Positions 8,269 to 17,484 of a stretch of 41,822 nucleotides of DNA are shown piece after piece. Each line of letters starts with the position of its first letter. The stretch's first letter is position 1. The position numbers were made by a program, and so were the translations under genes. The notes under the pieces were generated by a model. That model had not been told where the DNA came from. It made no database searches and saw only the letters and a program-made list of their open reading frames with translations. Origin of the DNA: a virus (Duplodnaviria; Caudoviricetes); IMG/VR virus record IMGVR_UViG_3300049892_000048, positions 1-41,822 of that record. One strand, written 5' to 3'.

Positions 8269-8418
8269 ATGACGACTGCTGAACTGGTAGGCCTCGTGGC
8301 CTTTGTAGTGATTGTGGCGGGAGTGTTCCTCTGGCTGCGGAAGGACAAGACGGTCTACGGCCCGTCCGGCGGCGACGGGACGGGGGAAGAACTTCCGCCG
8401 GAAGACCGCAAGAAGTAA
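8269..8418 (+). CDS. 49-aa single-TM protein (not in ORF track)
   Basis: AAGGAG SD; MTTAELVGLVAFVVIVAGVFLWLRKDK...; TAATG overlap. Confidence 0.65.
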   Translation: MTTAELVGLVAFVVIVAGVFLWLRKDKTVYGPSGGDGTGEELPPEDRKK

Positions 8419-8621
8419 TGACGACGCGACACACGCGATGGGACCGGTTTTGCCAAGGCTACCGGTCCTATTTGCGTTCTTACCGCGATGACCTCCATGT
8501 GTCATACGACCACTTCGACGCGGAAGTAGCGGGCGCACTTGTGGGGATGTTGTCGATAGCTGGGTCGATGCTATTGATCTGTTACGCGCTCGGACAAGTG
8601 TTATGGTGGAGTATTCAATGA
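8418..8621 (+). CDS. small protein with C-terminal TM
   Basis: coupled at both ends; hydrophobic C-terminus. Confidence 0.55.
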   Translation: MTTRHTRWDRFCQGYRSYLRSYRDDLHVSYDHFDAEVAGALVGMLSIAGSMLLICYALGQVLWWSIQ

Positions 8622-8896
8622 CCCCTGATGAAGAAGCTCTGATTCGTCGCCGCGCTGCTGAACTTCATTCTGATGGGTGCAGCGGTCCTACCGAAGTGTT
8701 CCATATCTGCTGCCTCGCGCATGACATTGCGTATCGAACGGGCGCGGATCATTTCGACCATCCGATCACCCGCCGCGAAGCGGACGCCCGCTTCCGTCGC
8801 TGTATGCAATCACGCAGTCCCGTGGGACGGTTCTCCCCGACGGCGTGGTTCCGTTGGGTGCTGGTCCGCATTTTCGGACGAGGCCGCGCATGGTAG
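8618..8896 (+). CDS. phospholipase A2-like small protein
   Basis: SDGCS...CCLAHDIAY...EADARFRRC matches the PLA2-type CCxxHDxxY / AD motifs. Confidence 0.6.
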   Translation: MTPDEEALIRRRAAELHSDGCSGPTEVFHICCLAHDIAYRTGADHFDHPITRREADARFRRCMQSRSPVGRFSPTAWFRWVLVRIFGRGRAW

Positions 8897-9099
8897 ATTC
8901 TGCGAACTACATCTATACCGTCTGGAAAACGTTCGTGTGTCGCTGCGGTTGGACCGTGCCCACGGACGAACGGGACGACGACATTCACGCGGAATCTGCG
9001 GTGCGCTTGCATCTGCTGACCGCCCACGGACTTCCCACAACCGCGCTGCATCGCAGCGGTCTCACGCAAGACTCCACGGACATCCCCAATGATAACTAA
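8890..9099 (+). CDS. small C2H2-like zinc-binding protein
   Basis: CRCGW...RLHLLTAH; GAGG upstream. Confidence 0.5.
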   Translation: MVDSANYIYTVWKTFVCRCGWTVPTDERDDDIHAESAVRLHLLTAHGLPTTALHRSGLTQDSTDIPNDN

Positions 9100-11002
9100 G
9101 CTCTCGGATAATGGTTGGTGGCCGCAATTGTCCCCTGACGGGCGATACATCGCGTACGGCAACGGGCGCGTCTGCGTCTATAACCTCGCGACCAAAGAGA
9201 ACGTGAACTATACGGTCCTGCACGACATTTCGAGAAATCCGGGGGACGATGGGGTGGAATGGCCGGCCGGATGGCTCGACGCGACTCACGTCGGCATTAT
9301 GCGGCAGTTGCAGGGGAACAATCGACAGTTGCGAATTGTTGATGTGACGACGGGCACGTATGTCGTGTCGCCGCTCCCCACGTGGTCGTGCTTCTTCTCG
9401 TGCGCGAACAATCGGGTATTCGCTGCGGTCCCTGATGGATGGTGCCCGAATCCTCAGCCAGGGCGCGCTCAGCGAGTGCTGTTGGATGGTGTAGATATCA
9501 CGCCCAACGAGCCGGTCGCGGGCGCCCAGTTCAACGGAACACACTGGTGGTACGCTGCGGAGATCGACGGCTATCCCATTGTGATCCGCAACCTCGATGG
9601 CACGGAAGCATGGCGAGTGCAGAATACGTTTGACGGGGGACGATCCTTTACGAAGTGGGGCGCCCGCGTCTTTACGGCGCCCGACGGCCAAGCGTGGCTC
9701 GTATCGAGTGAAGGGGTGCGCGATCCACAAGGGCGCGTGTATCCACCCGCGCCGGGAGAGAATATAGGGGCGCTCTCGTGGAAAGATGGCGTGTGCTTCG
9801 CGTGGTCGACGTATTGCTACGATATTTATGACGAGTCGGGCATGGTCAGCAGCAATCGTGCGGTGGTCCTCGGACGTCCGCTAACGGACGTGAGCAATCC
9901 GTCCGTACCGAGTATTGTGTTGGACGACGTGTGGCAGTCGTCCTTACAGGTGGCGGTGACCGCGAATGGCTGGGTCGTGACAGGATACAATGGGGGTGGA
10001 ACCCCCGGAGTGCCTCCCGGCGAGACTTCTGTGACGACGGTTCCGTTTGATACGCCGCGCAGTGTGTTCGTCAAGATGCTACCTCCAGCGATTAGTCCGA
10101 TTGTGCGGGGGCCGCAGCGGGACGTCTATTGCGTAGCGATGGATGGGGTGTCCCCGGGCCATTTGGTATGGGGAAAGAATATTGAAGGCGGTTACTGGGC
10201 GTGGGACTTGTATCTCGCGGGGACGCCGGCGGCGATCCTCTATCATGGGGATGAAGTGACGTCTGGGCATCTGTGCCCGTTGGACTTGCATTGGAAAGAC
10301 AAGAACAATCAGCCTATCTACCATAACGGGAACCCCGTTTCGACACTGTATCTCGCTCGACTCTCCGGCGCCGGGGTGCTCGTTTATCACGACGGAAGCG
10401 GACTCCTGACACATGACGTGGATGGAAACCGTATTCCGTTCCAGACGCCGGGAGAGGGCAAGACGTATCCACAACTCGACCAAGTGGTTGCGCTTCGTGC
10501 GGAAGGGATTCCGGCGTGGATTGGCCTGAACGGCTACTTCAACAAGGACGTGACGGACACACTTTGGTACGTGGAAGAGGCGTTGAAGGTGTGTTTTGCG
10601 GCGGACCCGAACTTCCCTCACCCGCCTGTGCCCGTGGCGTTGGTGCGCCCCGGATATCGCGGACATACGCCGACGGGATATGCGTGGCCAGAGCGGGAGT
10701 CTTGCATCATCAATCGTGCCGAACTCGATGTTGTCAATCACTATGGGATCGACTTCGATATCATCTTTGGATTGGACCGGCCATCGGGGACGGCGTGGTT
10801 CAAAGCCTTCTGGACAAATCGAGTGCAGCAGACCGCGAAACCGTCGTGGTCGATTCCGGTCCCCCATGTGCAGCCGGAGGCTTCGCCAAGCGAATCGCCG
10901 AGCGCGTCCCCAAGCGCGTCCCCGAGTGCCGCGCCCCCGGAGCGGCAGACGTTCTGGCAGAAGCTCGTGGCAGCGTTCAAGCGGCTGTTTCATATCCGAT
11001 AG
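9089..11002 (+). CDS. 637-aa protein: TolB/WD40-like N-terminus, Ser-Pro linker, amphipathic C-terminal tail
   Basis: WPQLSPDGRYIAY, Trp/Gly-rich beta body, SPSESPSASPSASPSA, FWQKLVAAFKRLF. Confidence 0.7.
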   Translation: MITKLSDNGWWPQLSPDGRYIAYGNGRVCVYNLATKENVNYTVLHDISRNPGDDGVEWPAGWLDATHVGIMRQLQGNNRQLRIVDVTTGTYVVSPLPTWSCFFSCANNRVFAAVPDGWCPNPQPGRAQRVLLDGVDITPNEPVAGAQFNGTHWWYAAEIDGYPIVIRNLDGTEAWRVQNTFDGGRSFTKWGARVFTAPDGQAWLVSSEGVRDPQGRVYPPAPGENIGALSWKDGVCFAWSTYCYDIYDESGMVSSNRAVVLGRPLTDVSNPSVPSIVLDDVWQSSLQVAVTANGWVVTGYNGGGTPGVPPGETSVTTVPFDTPRSVFVKMLPPAISPIVRGPQRDVYCVAMDGVSPGHLVWGKNIEGGYWAWDLYLAGTPAAILYHGDEVTSGHLCPLDLHWKDKNNQPIYHNGNPVSTLYLARLSGAGVLVYHDGSGLLTHDVDGNRIPFQTPGEGKTYPQLDQVVALRAEGIPAWIGLNGYFNKDVTDTLWYVEEALKVCFAADPNFPHPPVPVALVRPGYRGHTPTGYAWPERESCIINRAELDVVNHYGIDFDIIFGLDRPSGTAWFKAFWTNRVQQTAKPSWSIPVPHVQPEASPSESPSASPSASPSAAPPERQTFWQKLVAAFKRLFHIR

Positions 11003-11008
11003 TGCCGC

Positions 11009-11037
11009 TTGACATGCCATCGCGAATGTGAGACCAT
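11009..11037 (+). promoter_or_regulatory. sigma70-like promoter TTGACA-N17-GACCAT
   Basis: CCGCTTGACA context as at 135 and 2820; ATG 11044 at the expected start site (leaderless). Confidence 0.65.
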
Positions 11038-11043
11038 GGGGTT

Positions 11044-11397
11044 ATGAAAAGTATCCTCCCCAAGCAAACGATCACGGAACTGGAACTGCAACATGACCGC
11101 GCGCAGTATGGTGCGATTCTGTGTTCGTTGACCCTAGAAGAATTGACGACGGTCTATCGGAAAGATTGCCGCCTTCGGTGGCAAGCTCTCGGGACGGTGG
11201 ATAACATTGCGACGGCGTTGAAGCTCTATGCGCTGACCCCCGAGCAGCAAGTCTGGCTCGACGCGCATCAGCTTGACATCGCGGCCGTGTTGAAGGCGGA
11301 CTTCCCGGCGGAGTTCCTTGACGAAGTGGAAACGCTGTTCTGCGAGTCGTGGAATGCCACAATTGGCGCGCCAGTTTTCAGCTTCAAGCAAGCGTGA
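11044..11397 (+). CDS. hypothetical protein
   Basis: own promoter; fills interval. Confidence 0.65.
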   Translation: MKSILPKQTITELELQHDRAQYGAILCSLTLEELTTVYRKDCRLRWQALGTVDNIATALKLYALTPEQQVWLDAHQLDIAAVLKADFPAEFLDEVETLFCESWNATIGAPVFSFKQA

Positions 11398-11398
11398 G

Positions 11399-11405
11399 AT
11401 AAATA
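11399..11405 (+). promoter_or_regulatory. T4-type late promoter ATAAATA
   Basis: intergenic, upstream of GAGGT SD and ATG 11422. Confidence 0.6.
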
Positions 11406-11421
11406 CCCCGAGGTAACGACT

Positions 11422-11733
11422 ATGAAGTGCCCAACGTGTGTGAAAGAAGGCAAGAAAAGTAAAGTGTTCATCGGGGAGTCGATTACAACGACGATGGCCG
11501 GGTCCGCGTATTACGACGAAGATGGGAAGTACCACAAGTACGACCCGAACGTGGTCTCGACGTCCTATCGGTGTAGTAATGAACACACATGGACGGAGAG
11601 CGCCAACGCGCAGCCGATTCGGGAACTCTTAGTTGAGCCTGGCCCGGCCGCACCGCGTCGACCCCTTACCCCGCGTGACGAGTGGAACACGTTGATGTCT
11701 CCCACGGGCACGCCACTAGGAGAAGAAAAATGA
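11422..11733 (+). CDS. zinc-ribbon-like hypothetical protein
   Basis: MKCPTC...YRCSNEH. Confidence 0.65.
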   Translation: MKCPTCVKEGKKSKVFIGESITTTMAGSAYYDEDGKYHKYDPNVVSTSYRCSNEHTWTESANAQPIRELLVEPGPAAPRRPLTPRDEWNTLMSPTGTPLGEEK

Positions 11734-12023
11734 ACCTTTGGCAACGAATCGTTCAGTTCTTAAAGCGTCTTGTCGGTTGGCAAGACTCTGCGAGTGAACG
11801 GTGGTATGACGACCCCACGGGCGCGTCGACCCCTGAACCGTATAACTGGATTCCCGATCCACCGGATTATACGGTCGACGAATTCGATCCCGTGTATGAC
11901 CCAACGTGGAACGACCCGGAGCCGGACTACTTCCCCGAACCAGTGGTCGTGAAGAAGCTGCGGAAGACGAAGACGACCAAAAAGACGAAGAAGGCCAAGA
12001 AGCCCAGCAAGCGGGTGCGCTAA
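11730..12023 (+). CDS. protein with amphipathic N-terminus, acidic Pro-rich middle and Lys-rich tail
   Basis: MNLWQRIVQFLKRLVG...KKLRKTKTTKKTKKAKKPSKR; AGGAG SD. Confidence 0.65.
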   Translation: MNLWQRIVQFLKRLVGWQDSASERWYDDPTGASTPEPYNWIPDPPDYTVDEFDPVYDPTWNDPEPDYFPEPVVVKKLRKTKTTKKTKKAKKPSKRVR

Positions 12024-12274
12024 TGCCCAACGTAGACCGACTCCGTGAAATTCGTGAGCGGTCGGCGGAGTTATGGCGCGTGGCCGAACTCCCGAAGGGC
12101 AGCGTCGACCCGAAGACGGGTCGCCCCGCACCGTCCGTGATTACCCACAAGTCCGATGAGGAAGTGCGGTATTTACTGGCGGAAATTGACCGCTTGCAAG
12201 ATGATGTAAGTCGATTAGAGGATGTGGTGGAGCGTGTGTGCGTTCCAACGTGGAGAGAAAATGAATCAGAGTGA
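12023..12274 (+). CDS. hypothetical protein
   Basis: RLREIRER...VRYLLAEIDRL; TAATG coupling. Confidence 0.6.
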   Translation: MPNVDRLREIRERSAELWRVAELPKGSVDPKTGRPAPSVITHKSDEEVRYLLAEIDRLQDDVSRLEDVVERVCVPTWRENESE

Positions 12275-12455
12275 ACGACAGGCGGAACTGACGAAGTGGT
12301 GCTATCTACTGACCGTCCGTCCCCCAACGTATGCAGAGTGCTTGGAACTGCGTGAGGTACTCTCGCATACGGCGCGCTTCGTAGACTATGCGTACCGTGA
12401 GAATCGACGTTTGGCGAGACAGTGTAACGAACAAGCGGGATTGGGGGACGTGTGA
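12261..12455 (+). CDS. hypothetical protein
   Basis: GGAG SD; tiles interval. Confidence 0.55.
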   Translation: MNQSERQAELTKWCYLLTVRPPTYAECLELREVLSHTARFVDYAYRENRRLARQCNEQAGLGDV

Positions 12456-12697
12456 AGCATCACCTCGCGCACTACGTTGTGTCCGTCATTGTGGGACTAA
12501 CCACGTTCTTGATTTGTTTGGTCTCCCTGCTGCTCTACTTCGCGCCGACGTTCTATGCGTTCTATCGCAACGCTGAACACCGGTGGGCGATCTTCGTGGT
12601 GAATCTCCTGACGGGATGGACATTGGTCGGATGGTTCGCTGCGGCCTTCTGGGCGCGTTCTGATCGTTCTCTGCCGTCCTACCCCCACCGTCGCTAA
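12452..12697 (+). CDS. imm: T4 Imm-family superinfection immunity membrane protein
   Basis: LYFAPT..A..R....AIFVVNLLTGWTLVGW.AA.FWA signature. Confidence 0.85.
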   Translation: MKHHLAHYVVSVIVGLTTFLICLVSLLLYFAPTFYAFYRNAEHRWAIFVVNLLTGWTLVGWFAAAFWARSDRSLPSYPHRR

Positions 12698-12755
12698 CTC
12701 CGACCTCCCCGGTCGGACTCCAGGTAGCGCAATATCCTGCACTATCATTTTCCAC

Positions 12756-12784
12756 TTGACATCTGAACCCCCTTGTGTTACCAT
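12756..12784 (+). promoter_or_regulatory. sigma70-like early promoter TTGACA-N17-TACCAT (extended -10 TG)
   Basis: -35 12756-12761, -10 12779-12784. Confidence 0.8.
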
Positions 12785-12858
12785 GGGGCTGCAATAAACT
12801 CCCGCGCATTGTGCGCTGGGCGTATCCACAGGGCTTCGCGCCCTCAGGTGCTAGACAA

Positions 12859-13467
12859 GTGAGCAAGTTCCGAAAGATCGTTATTCCGAAAGACAATCCC
12901 GCCCTCATTCCCGCGTCAGAGTCCCCACTCGGGTCGATCATCGATCCATCGCGGTTGACGTCCGTGCAAACGGATGCCGAACCGCAGCCGGTGGAACCGG
13001 AAGTGGCGCCGCTCATTCCTCCCGCGAACATTCCCAAACTCACATCGCTATTCCTGCTGGCGGGCAAAGCTCTGTTTACCGTGACGAATCCCAAAGGGGA
13101 TCACTACACGTTCAAAGTTCGCAAGGTGGTGTCTGAGTGGCCCGTGGGGTCGGGGACCATGTCCACGTCCTACTTTGTGAGTGTGAAGGCGTCCGGCGGT
13201 GTGTATCCGTACCGCTACATCGGACTCCTGAACGCGGACACGGGTGGGATCAAGTGCACCGCGAAGTCTGAGTTTATCGTGGGGACGAAGGAATACAACG
13301 TCGCTGCGTGGGCGTGCGGCGTCGTGATCAACATGAAGAACATGCCCGACGGGTACAAGATCGAACATGCGGGCAAGTGCGGCCGCTGCGGTCTGACGCT
13401 GACGGACCCCGAAAGCATCGAGCGCGGCATCGGCCCGGACTGCTGGGCGACGATGGGAGGCAAGTAA
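12859..13467 (+). CDS. DUF6011-type zinc-finger protein
   Basis: LAGKALFTV...HYTFKV...YIG...GKCGRCGLTLTDPESIERGIGPDC; start uncertain (GTG 12859). Confidence 0.75.
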   Translation: MSKFRKIVIPKDNPALIPASESPLGSIIDPSRLTSVQTDAEPQPVEPEVAPLIPPANIPKLTSLFLLAGKALFTVTNPKGDHYTFKVRKVVSEWPVGSGTMSTSYFVSVKASGGVYPYRYIGLLNADTGGIKCTAKSEFIVGTKEYNVAAWACGVVINMKNMPDGYKIEHAGKCGRCGLTLTDPESIERGIGPDCWATMGGK

Positions 13468-13673
13468 TGTCGTCCGCTGAATATCACGCGGCGCTAGACG
13501 CCTTCCTGAAGTCTGACGGCACAATCACCATCTGCCCTCCGAAGTCGGCGGCCGCCGCGAAGTTGCAGCCGCATTCCCCGTATGGTTACCGTAGAATGGA
13601 AAGTCGGCGCCGCGTGTTTCGATTGAAGGTGACGCGGGAAACTCCTGCCGGAAGACTAGGGAGGGGAATCTAA
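13467..13673 (+). CDS. hypothetical protein
   Basis: GGAGG SD, TAATG coupling. Confidence 0.6.
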   Translation: MSSAEYHAALDAFLKSDGTITICPPKSAAAAKLQPHSPYGYRRMESRRRVFRLKVTRETPAGRLGRGI

Positions 13674-13855
13674 TGCTCACGAAACAGGAACTAGTCGCGA
13701 TCAAAGCGAAACCGATGCGTCCGTCCTTTCGTGGGACGTATCTGACAGAGGAAGAACGGGATGCGATGGTCCAAACGATCATCGACCTGTATTACGAACT
13801 GCACGATGCGCGGGGTCGCGTATCAGACTTGGAAAGGGAACTGGAGAAACGATAA
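13673..13855 (+). CDS. hypothetical protein
   Basis: GGAGG SD, TAATG coupling. Confidence 0.6.
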   Translation: MLTKQELVAIKAKPMRPSFRGTYLTEEERDAMVQTIIDLYYELHDARGRVSDLERELEKR

Positions 13856-14253
13856 TGACGACGATGTATGGACGAACGCCGGAGCGCCAGGCGATGCTGA
13901 TGGTGGAGAGCTTTGGGATCGAGAAGTCGATCTGGTACGCGAAGGACGCGCTGGCGGTGACGCGCCGTGGGAAGTCTCTGGAGTTCTGGTCGGACGTGTA
14001 TAGCCGCTTGAAACAGCGGAAGGAACAGGACGACCCGAGCGCGAAGGCCTACGACCGCCTCAAGGACTTCGTGGCAGAGCATCGCCTTCAGGGGACGCTG
14101 GACGTGCAGGAGAAGTGTCTGGTGTTGACACTCGGCGACGTGTGGTCCAAGCTGCTGATGGCGGGAGTGCAAGCGGAATGGAGCGTGTCGAGTAGTGGGA
14201 CGCCGCGGATCATCGTGCGCGCCAATCAGCCGAAGTTCGTGGGAGTGCAGTAA
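13855..14253 (+). CDS. hypothetical protein
   Basis: TAATG coupling at both ends. Confidence 0.65.
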   Translation: MTTMYGRTPERQAMLMVESFGIEKSIWYAKDALAVTRRGKSLEFWSDVYSRLKQRKEQDDPSAKAYDRLKDFVAEHRLQGTLDVQEKCLVLTLGDVWSKLLMAGVQAEWSVSSSGTPRIIVRANQPKFVGVQ

Positions 14254-15539
14254 TGATCAAGATTCACGGAACGCATGACGCGCAGACGATCAAGCAGTTG
14301 GAAACGTGTGTCGCCGCAGAGGATGGGGCGCTTGGCGTCTTATGCGCGGACGGACACGTAGGATATTCAATGCCCATTGGGGGCGTCGTGGCGTATCGGA
14401 ATTTCCTGTCGCCGTCGGGCGTGGGATACGATATCGCGTGTGGGAACAAAGCGGTCCGCACGGACTTGCTGATGGCGGATATCGAAGCGGACTTGCCATC
14501 GTTCGCGGACGAGATTCAGCGGCGGATATCCTTCGGGATTGGCCGTGTGAACAACGAGAAGGTCGACCATCCCGTGTTGGACGACATTCGGAGTGCGGCC
14601 GTGCTGGAACAGCGGGGCCTCGCGCAGTTGGCGGCGAACCAGTTGGGGACGGTCGGCTCAGGGAACCACTACGTGGACGTGCTGGAAGATGAAGCGGGCT
14701 TCGTGTGGGTCGCGTGTCACTTCGGATCGCGGGGCTTCGGGCATAAGACGGCTTCGATGTTCATGAACGCGGCGAAGGGGCTGCCCATGTTGGGCCAGTC
14801 GCACGATGGGGAAATGTTCTCGCCGCCGTTGCTGCTCGACGTCCGCGAAGGTCTCGGACAGGCGTATCTGGAAGCGATGACGCTGGCGGGGGACTATGCG
14901 TATGCGGGGCGGGACCTGGTCGTGGACAAGGTGCTGGAAATCCTCGGAGCGCGGAACACGTGGTCGGTGCACAACCACCACAACTATGCGTGGCAGGAAG
15001 ATGGACGCTGGGTCGTCCGCAAGGGATCGACGCCGCTGTTCCCGTACCAGATGGGATTTGTCGGCGGATCGATGGACGATATCTCCGTCGTCTTGCAGGG
15101 GATCGATTCCCCGGCCGCGGCCGATGCGCTGCATTCTACGGTGCATGGGGCGGGACGAGTCATGTCGCGGAATCAGGCGATCAAGGGCAAGCACGAATGG
15201 GTGTGCGAAGGGAAGATCGAAGCGAACTGTATGGGTACGGCGATGTCGTATCCCCAGCCGCAGTATCCGCCGCCCAAGGATATGAAGTGCGTTCGTTGTC
15301 GGGGACCGCTGGTGAAGCGGTATCTCTCGGAGCCGATTGACTTCCGTGCGGTACAGGACCGTGTGAAGTCGCATGGGGTGATTCTGCGGGGCGCCGGTGC
15401 GGACGAATCCCCGGAAGTGTACCGCCCGTTGTCGTCCGTGTTGGACGCTCATGCGGGAACGTTCAAGATCGCTCAGACGTTGCGGCCGCGCATCGTGGTG
15501 ATGGCGGGCAAGGACGTCAAGGACCCGTACAAGGACTAA
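14253..15539 (+). CDS. rtcB: RtcB RNA 2',3'-cyclic phosphate/3'-phosphate ligase
   Basis: DGHVGY.MPIGGV, GYDIACG, QLGTVGSGNHY, HNHHN, RKGSTP, HGAGRVMSR, DESPEVYR. Confidence 0.95.
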   Translation: MIKIHGTHDAQTIKQLETCVAAEDGALGVLCADGHVGYSMPIGGVVAYRNFLSPSGVGYDIACGNKAVRTDLLMADIEADLPSFADEIQRRISFGIGRVNNEKVDHPVLDDIRSAAVLEQRGLAQLAANQLGTVGSGNHYVDVLEDEAGFVWVACHFGSRGFGHKTASMFMNAAKGLPMLGQSHDGEMFSPPLLLDVREGLGQAYLEAMTLAGDYAYAGRDLVVDKVLEILGARNTWSVHNHHNYAWQEDGRWVVRKGSTPLFPYQMGFVGGSMDDISVVLQGIDSPAAADALHSTVHGAGRVMSRNQAIKGKHEWVCEGKIEANCMGTAMSYPQPQYPPPKDMKCVRCRGPLVKRYLSEPIDFRAVQDRVKSHGVILRGAGADESPEVYRPLSSVLDAHAGTFKIAQTLRPRIVVMAGKDVKDPYKD

Positions 15540-15542
15540 GTG

Positions 15543-15827
15543 ATGCCAGTCTATCGCATACGTCACGTTCCATCGAGAATGTTCTTCATCCCATCCCGCA
15601 TGATTCGGGTGTCGTCACCGAAATTTCCGGTGGCGTGGACCAAGTCGAATCTGTCAAAGACGGGGAAGTTGTATCCCCGTCGACCGTCACTGTCGTATCT
15701 TGGCAAGAGTTTTCACGATCATCGGCTGTTTGTCAAGGACGATTCGCCTACTGCGAATCCCTATAATTACAATGCGTATCTTGCGCCGGTGCTTGATGGG
15801 GATTGGCTGATTGAGGAAGTGGACTAA
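15543..15827 (+). CDS. hypothetical protein
   Basis: KSNLSKTGKLY motif; tiles interval. Confidence 0.6.
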   Translation: MPVYRIRHVPSRMFFIPSRMIRVSSPKFPVAWTKSNLSKTGKLYPRRPSLSYLGKSFHDHRLFVKDDSPTANPYNYNAYLAPVLDGDWLIEEVD

Positions 15828-16159
15828 TGCCGCTGACCTTTCTTACGTTGCTGTCCGTGCATTTCATCGCGGACTTCGTGCTACAGAGTTCGTGGATGGC
15901 GAAGAACAAGTCCACCAACGCCATTGCGTTGCTCTATCATGCGACGGTCTACGGCGCCTGCTTCCTCTCTTGGGGATGGCAGTTCGCACTGGTCACGGCG
16001 TGGTTGCATGCCGTCGTGGATGCTCAGACGAGCCCCGTGACGGCGTATCTGTGGGAGAAGCAGAAAGTTCATTGGTTCTTTGTCGTCATCGGACTGGACC
16101 AGTTGATTCATGCGTGGATTCTCGCGTATACGTTTTCGGTGATGGTAGGAGTGTTATGA
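15827..16159 (+). CDS. DUF3307-like membrane protein
   Basis: HFIADFVLQS.WMA.NK...H...HAVVD...DQLIH. Confidence 0.8.
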   Translation: MPLTFLTLLSVHFIADFVLQSSWMAKNKSTNAIALLYHATVYGACFLSWGWQFALVTAWLHAVVDAQTSPVTAYLWEKQKVHWFFVVIGLDQLIHAWILAYTFSVMVGVL

Positions 16160-16572
16160 GTAGGCAGTTGTGTATTCCGTCGCTGGGTGATACGTTCACG
16201 CTGGCGGAGGATTGGACGTTCTCGGCGGTCAATGACCACCGGAACGTGACGGTCATTCGATGGGCGCAAGGTACACCCAGTCCGTTGAGCGGGCCGCAAG
16301 ATTGGTTCCCGTTGGGGTACCCTTACGGGAAAAATAGTTACGCGGAGACTCAAGCGATCAAAAACCGCACGATCTCGGTGCTGCTCCCGAAGGGCACGAT
16401 CCTCAAGATCGACCGCATCTACATTCGCAAGGGCGCCAAAGAGTTCGACTCTGTGACGTTCTTCAGTCCGAACACGAAAGTCAAGATCAACAAAAACGAC
16501 AGCTACAGTGAGAACAAGTCGCTGCGATTCTTTGCGTCCCTGTCGGACGTCAACCAAATGAGGGTGGAGTAG
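16156..16572 (+). CDS. conserved phage hypothetical protein
   Basis: IPSLGD...LAEDWTF...LPKGTILKIDRIYIRKG..EFDSVTF; AGGAG SD. Confidence 0.7.
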   Translation: MSRQLCIPSLGDTFTLAEDWTFSAVNDHRNVTVIRWAQGTPSPLSGPQDWFPLGYPYGKNSYAETQAIKNRTISVLLPKGTILKIDRIYIRKGAKEFDSVTFFSPNTKVKINKNDSYSENKSLRFFASLSDVNQMRVE

Positions 16573-16575
16573 CTT

Positions 16576-17484
16576 ATGGCGAAGACGAAAGTAGGCGTGA
16601 TCATCGGGCGGTTCCAAGTGCCCAAACTGACGGACGCGCATCGGAAGATGATCGAAGCCGTTGCAGCGGACGGCAACGACGTGTTGGCGTTTCTTGTCGG
16701 GGTGTCGCCGACGGACGGCCGTTCAGCGGAGAACCCGCTCTCGTTCGCGCAGCGGCAGCCGTTGTTTGGCGCCGCGATGGTATTCCCTTTGGCGGACGAG
16801 CCGACGGACGAAGGGTGGTCCAAGAGTGTTGACGCGCTGCTGGACTCAACGTTCCCGGCGGACCGAAACGTGGTGACGCTCTACGGTGGACGGAAGTCCT
16901 TCGAAGCGTCCTACACGGGGCATTATCCGTGCCAGCATGTGGACGTGGGTAGCGATATCAGCGGCACGGCCACTCGGGAAGCAGTGAAAGCATCGGCGTC
17001 CCCGGAGTTTCTCGCGGGGCAGATTTACGCGCTGACGACGCAGTATCCCCGATGCTATCCGACCGTGGACACCATCGTGTGGCGGAGTTACGCCGACCAT
17101 CCGATGGAACGGGAAGTGCTGATGATTCGCCGCGCGGACCACGGCCAGTGGGGATTCATCGGGGGGTTTGTGGACCCGTCAGATGAGTCCTACGAGTATG
17201 CCGCGAAGCGCGAAGTCCATGAGGAAGTCGGACTGTTCGCGGAGAGTGCGCTGCGCTACGTCGCGTCCCTGCCGATCAACGACTGGCGCTATCAGGGAAC
17301 GCGGGACCGCATCATGACGACCTTGTTCCTGATGCAGTATTCGTTCGGCGCCGTGCGTCCGAATCCGACAGAGGTGCAGGACTACCAGTGGGTGAAACTG
17401 GACGACGTTGAAGCTCTCGTCGCGCCCGTGCATCGGGCCATCTGGACGACGGCGGAACCTATTCTTCGACATGAGGTGATCTAA
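16576..17484 (+). CDS. natV: bifunctional NMN adenylyltransferase / Nudix ADP-ribose pyrophosphatase (NadM-Nudix, NatV-like)
   Basis: GVIIGRFQ...H, ENPLSF..R, ISGT.TR; Nudix box GGFVDPSDESYEYAAKREVHEEVGL. Confidence 0.85.
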   Translation: MAKTKVGVIIGRFQVPKLTDAHRKMIEAVAADGNDVLAFLVGVSPTDGRSAENPLSFAQRQPLFGAAMVFPLADEPTDEGWSKSVDALLDSTFPADRNVVTLYGGRKSFEASYTGHYPCQHVDVGSDISGTATREAVKASASPEFLAGQIYALTTQYPRCYPTVDTIVWRSYADHPMEREVLMIRRADHGQWGFIGGFVDPSDESYEYAAKREVHEEVGLFAESALRYVASLPINDWRYQGTRDRIMTTLFLMQYSFGAVRPNPTEVQDYQWVKLDDVEALVAPVHRAIWTTAEPILRHEVI

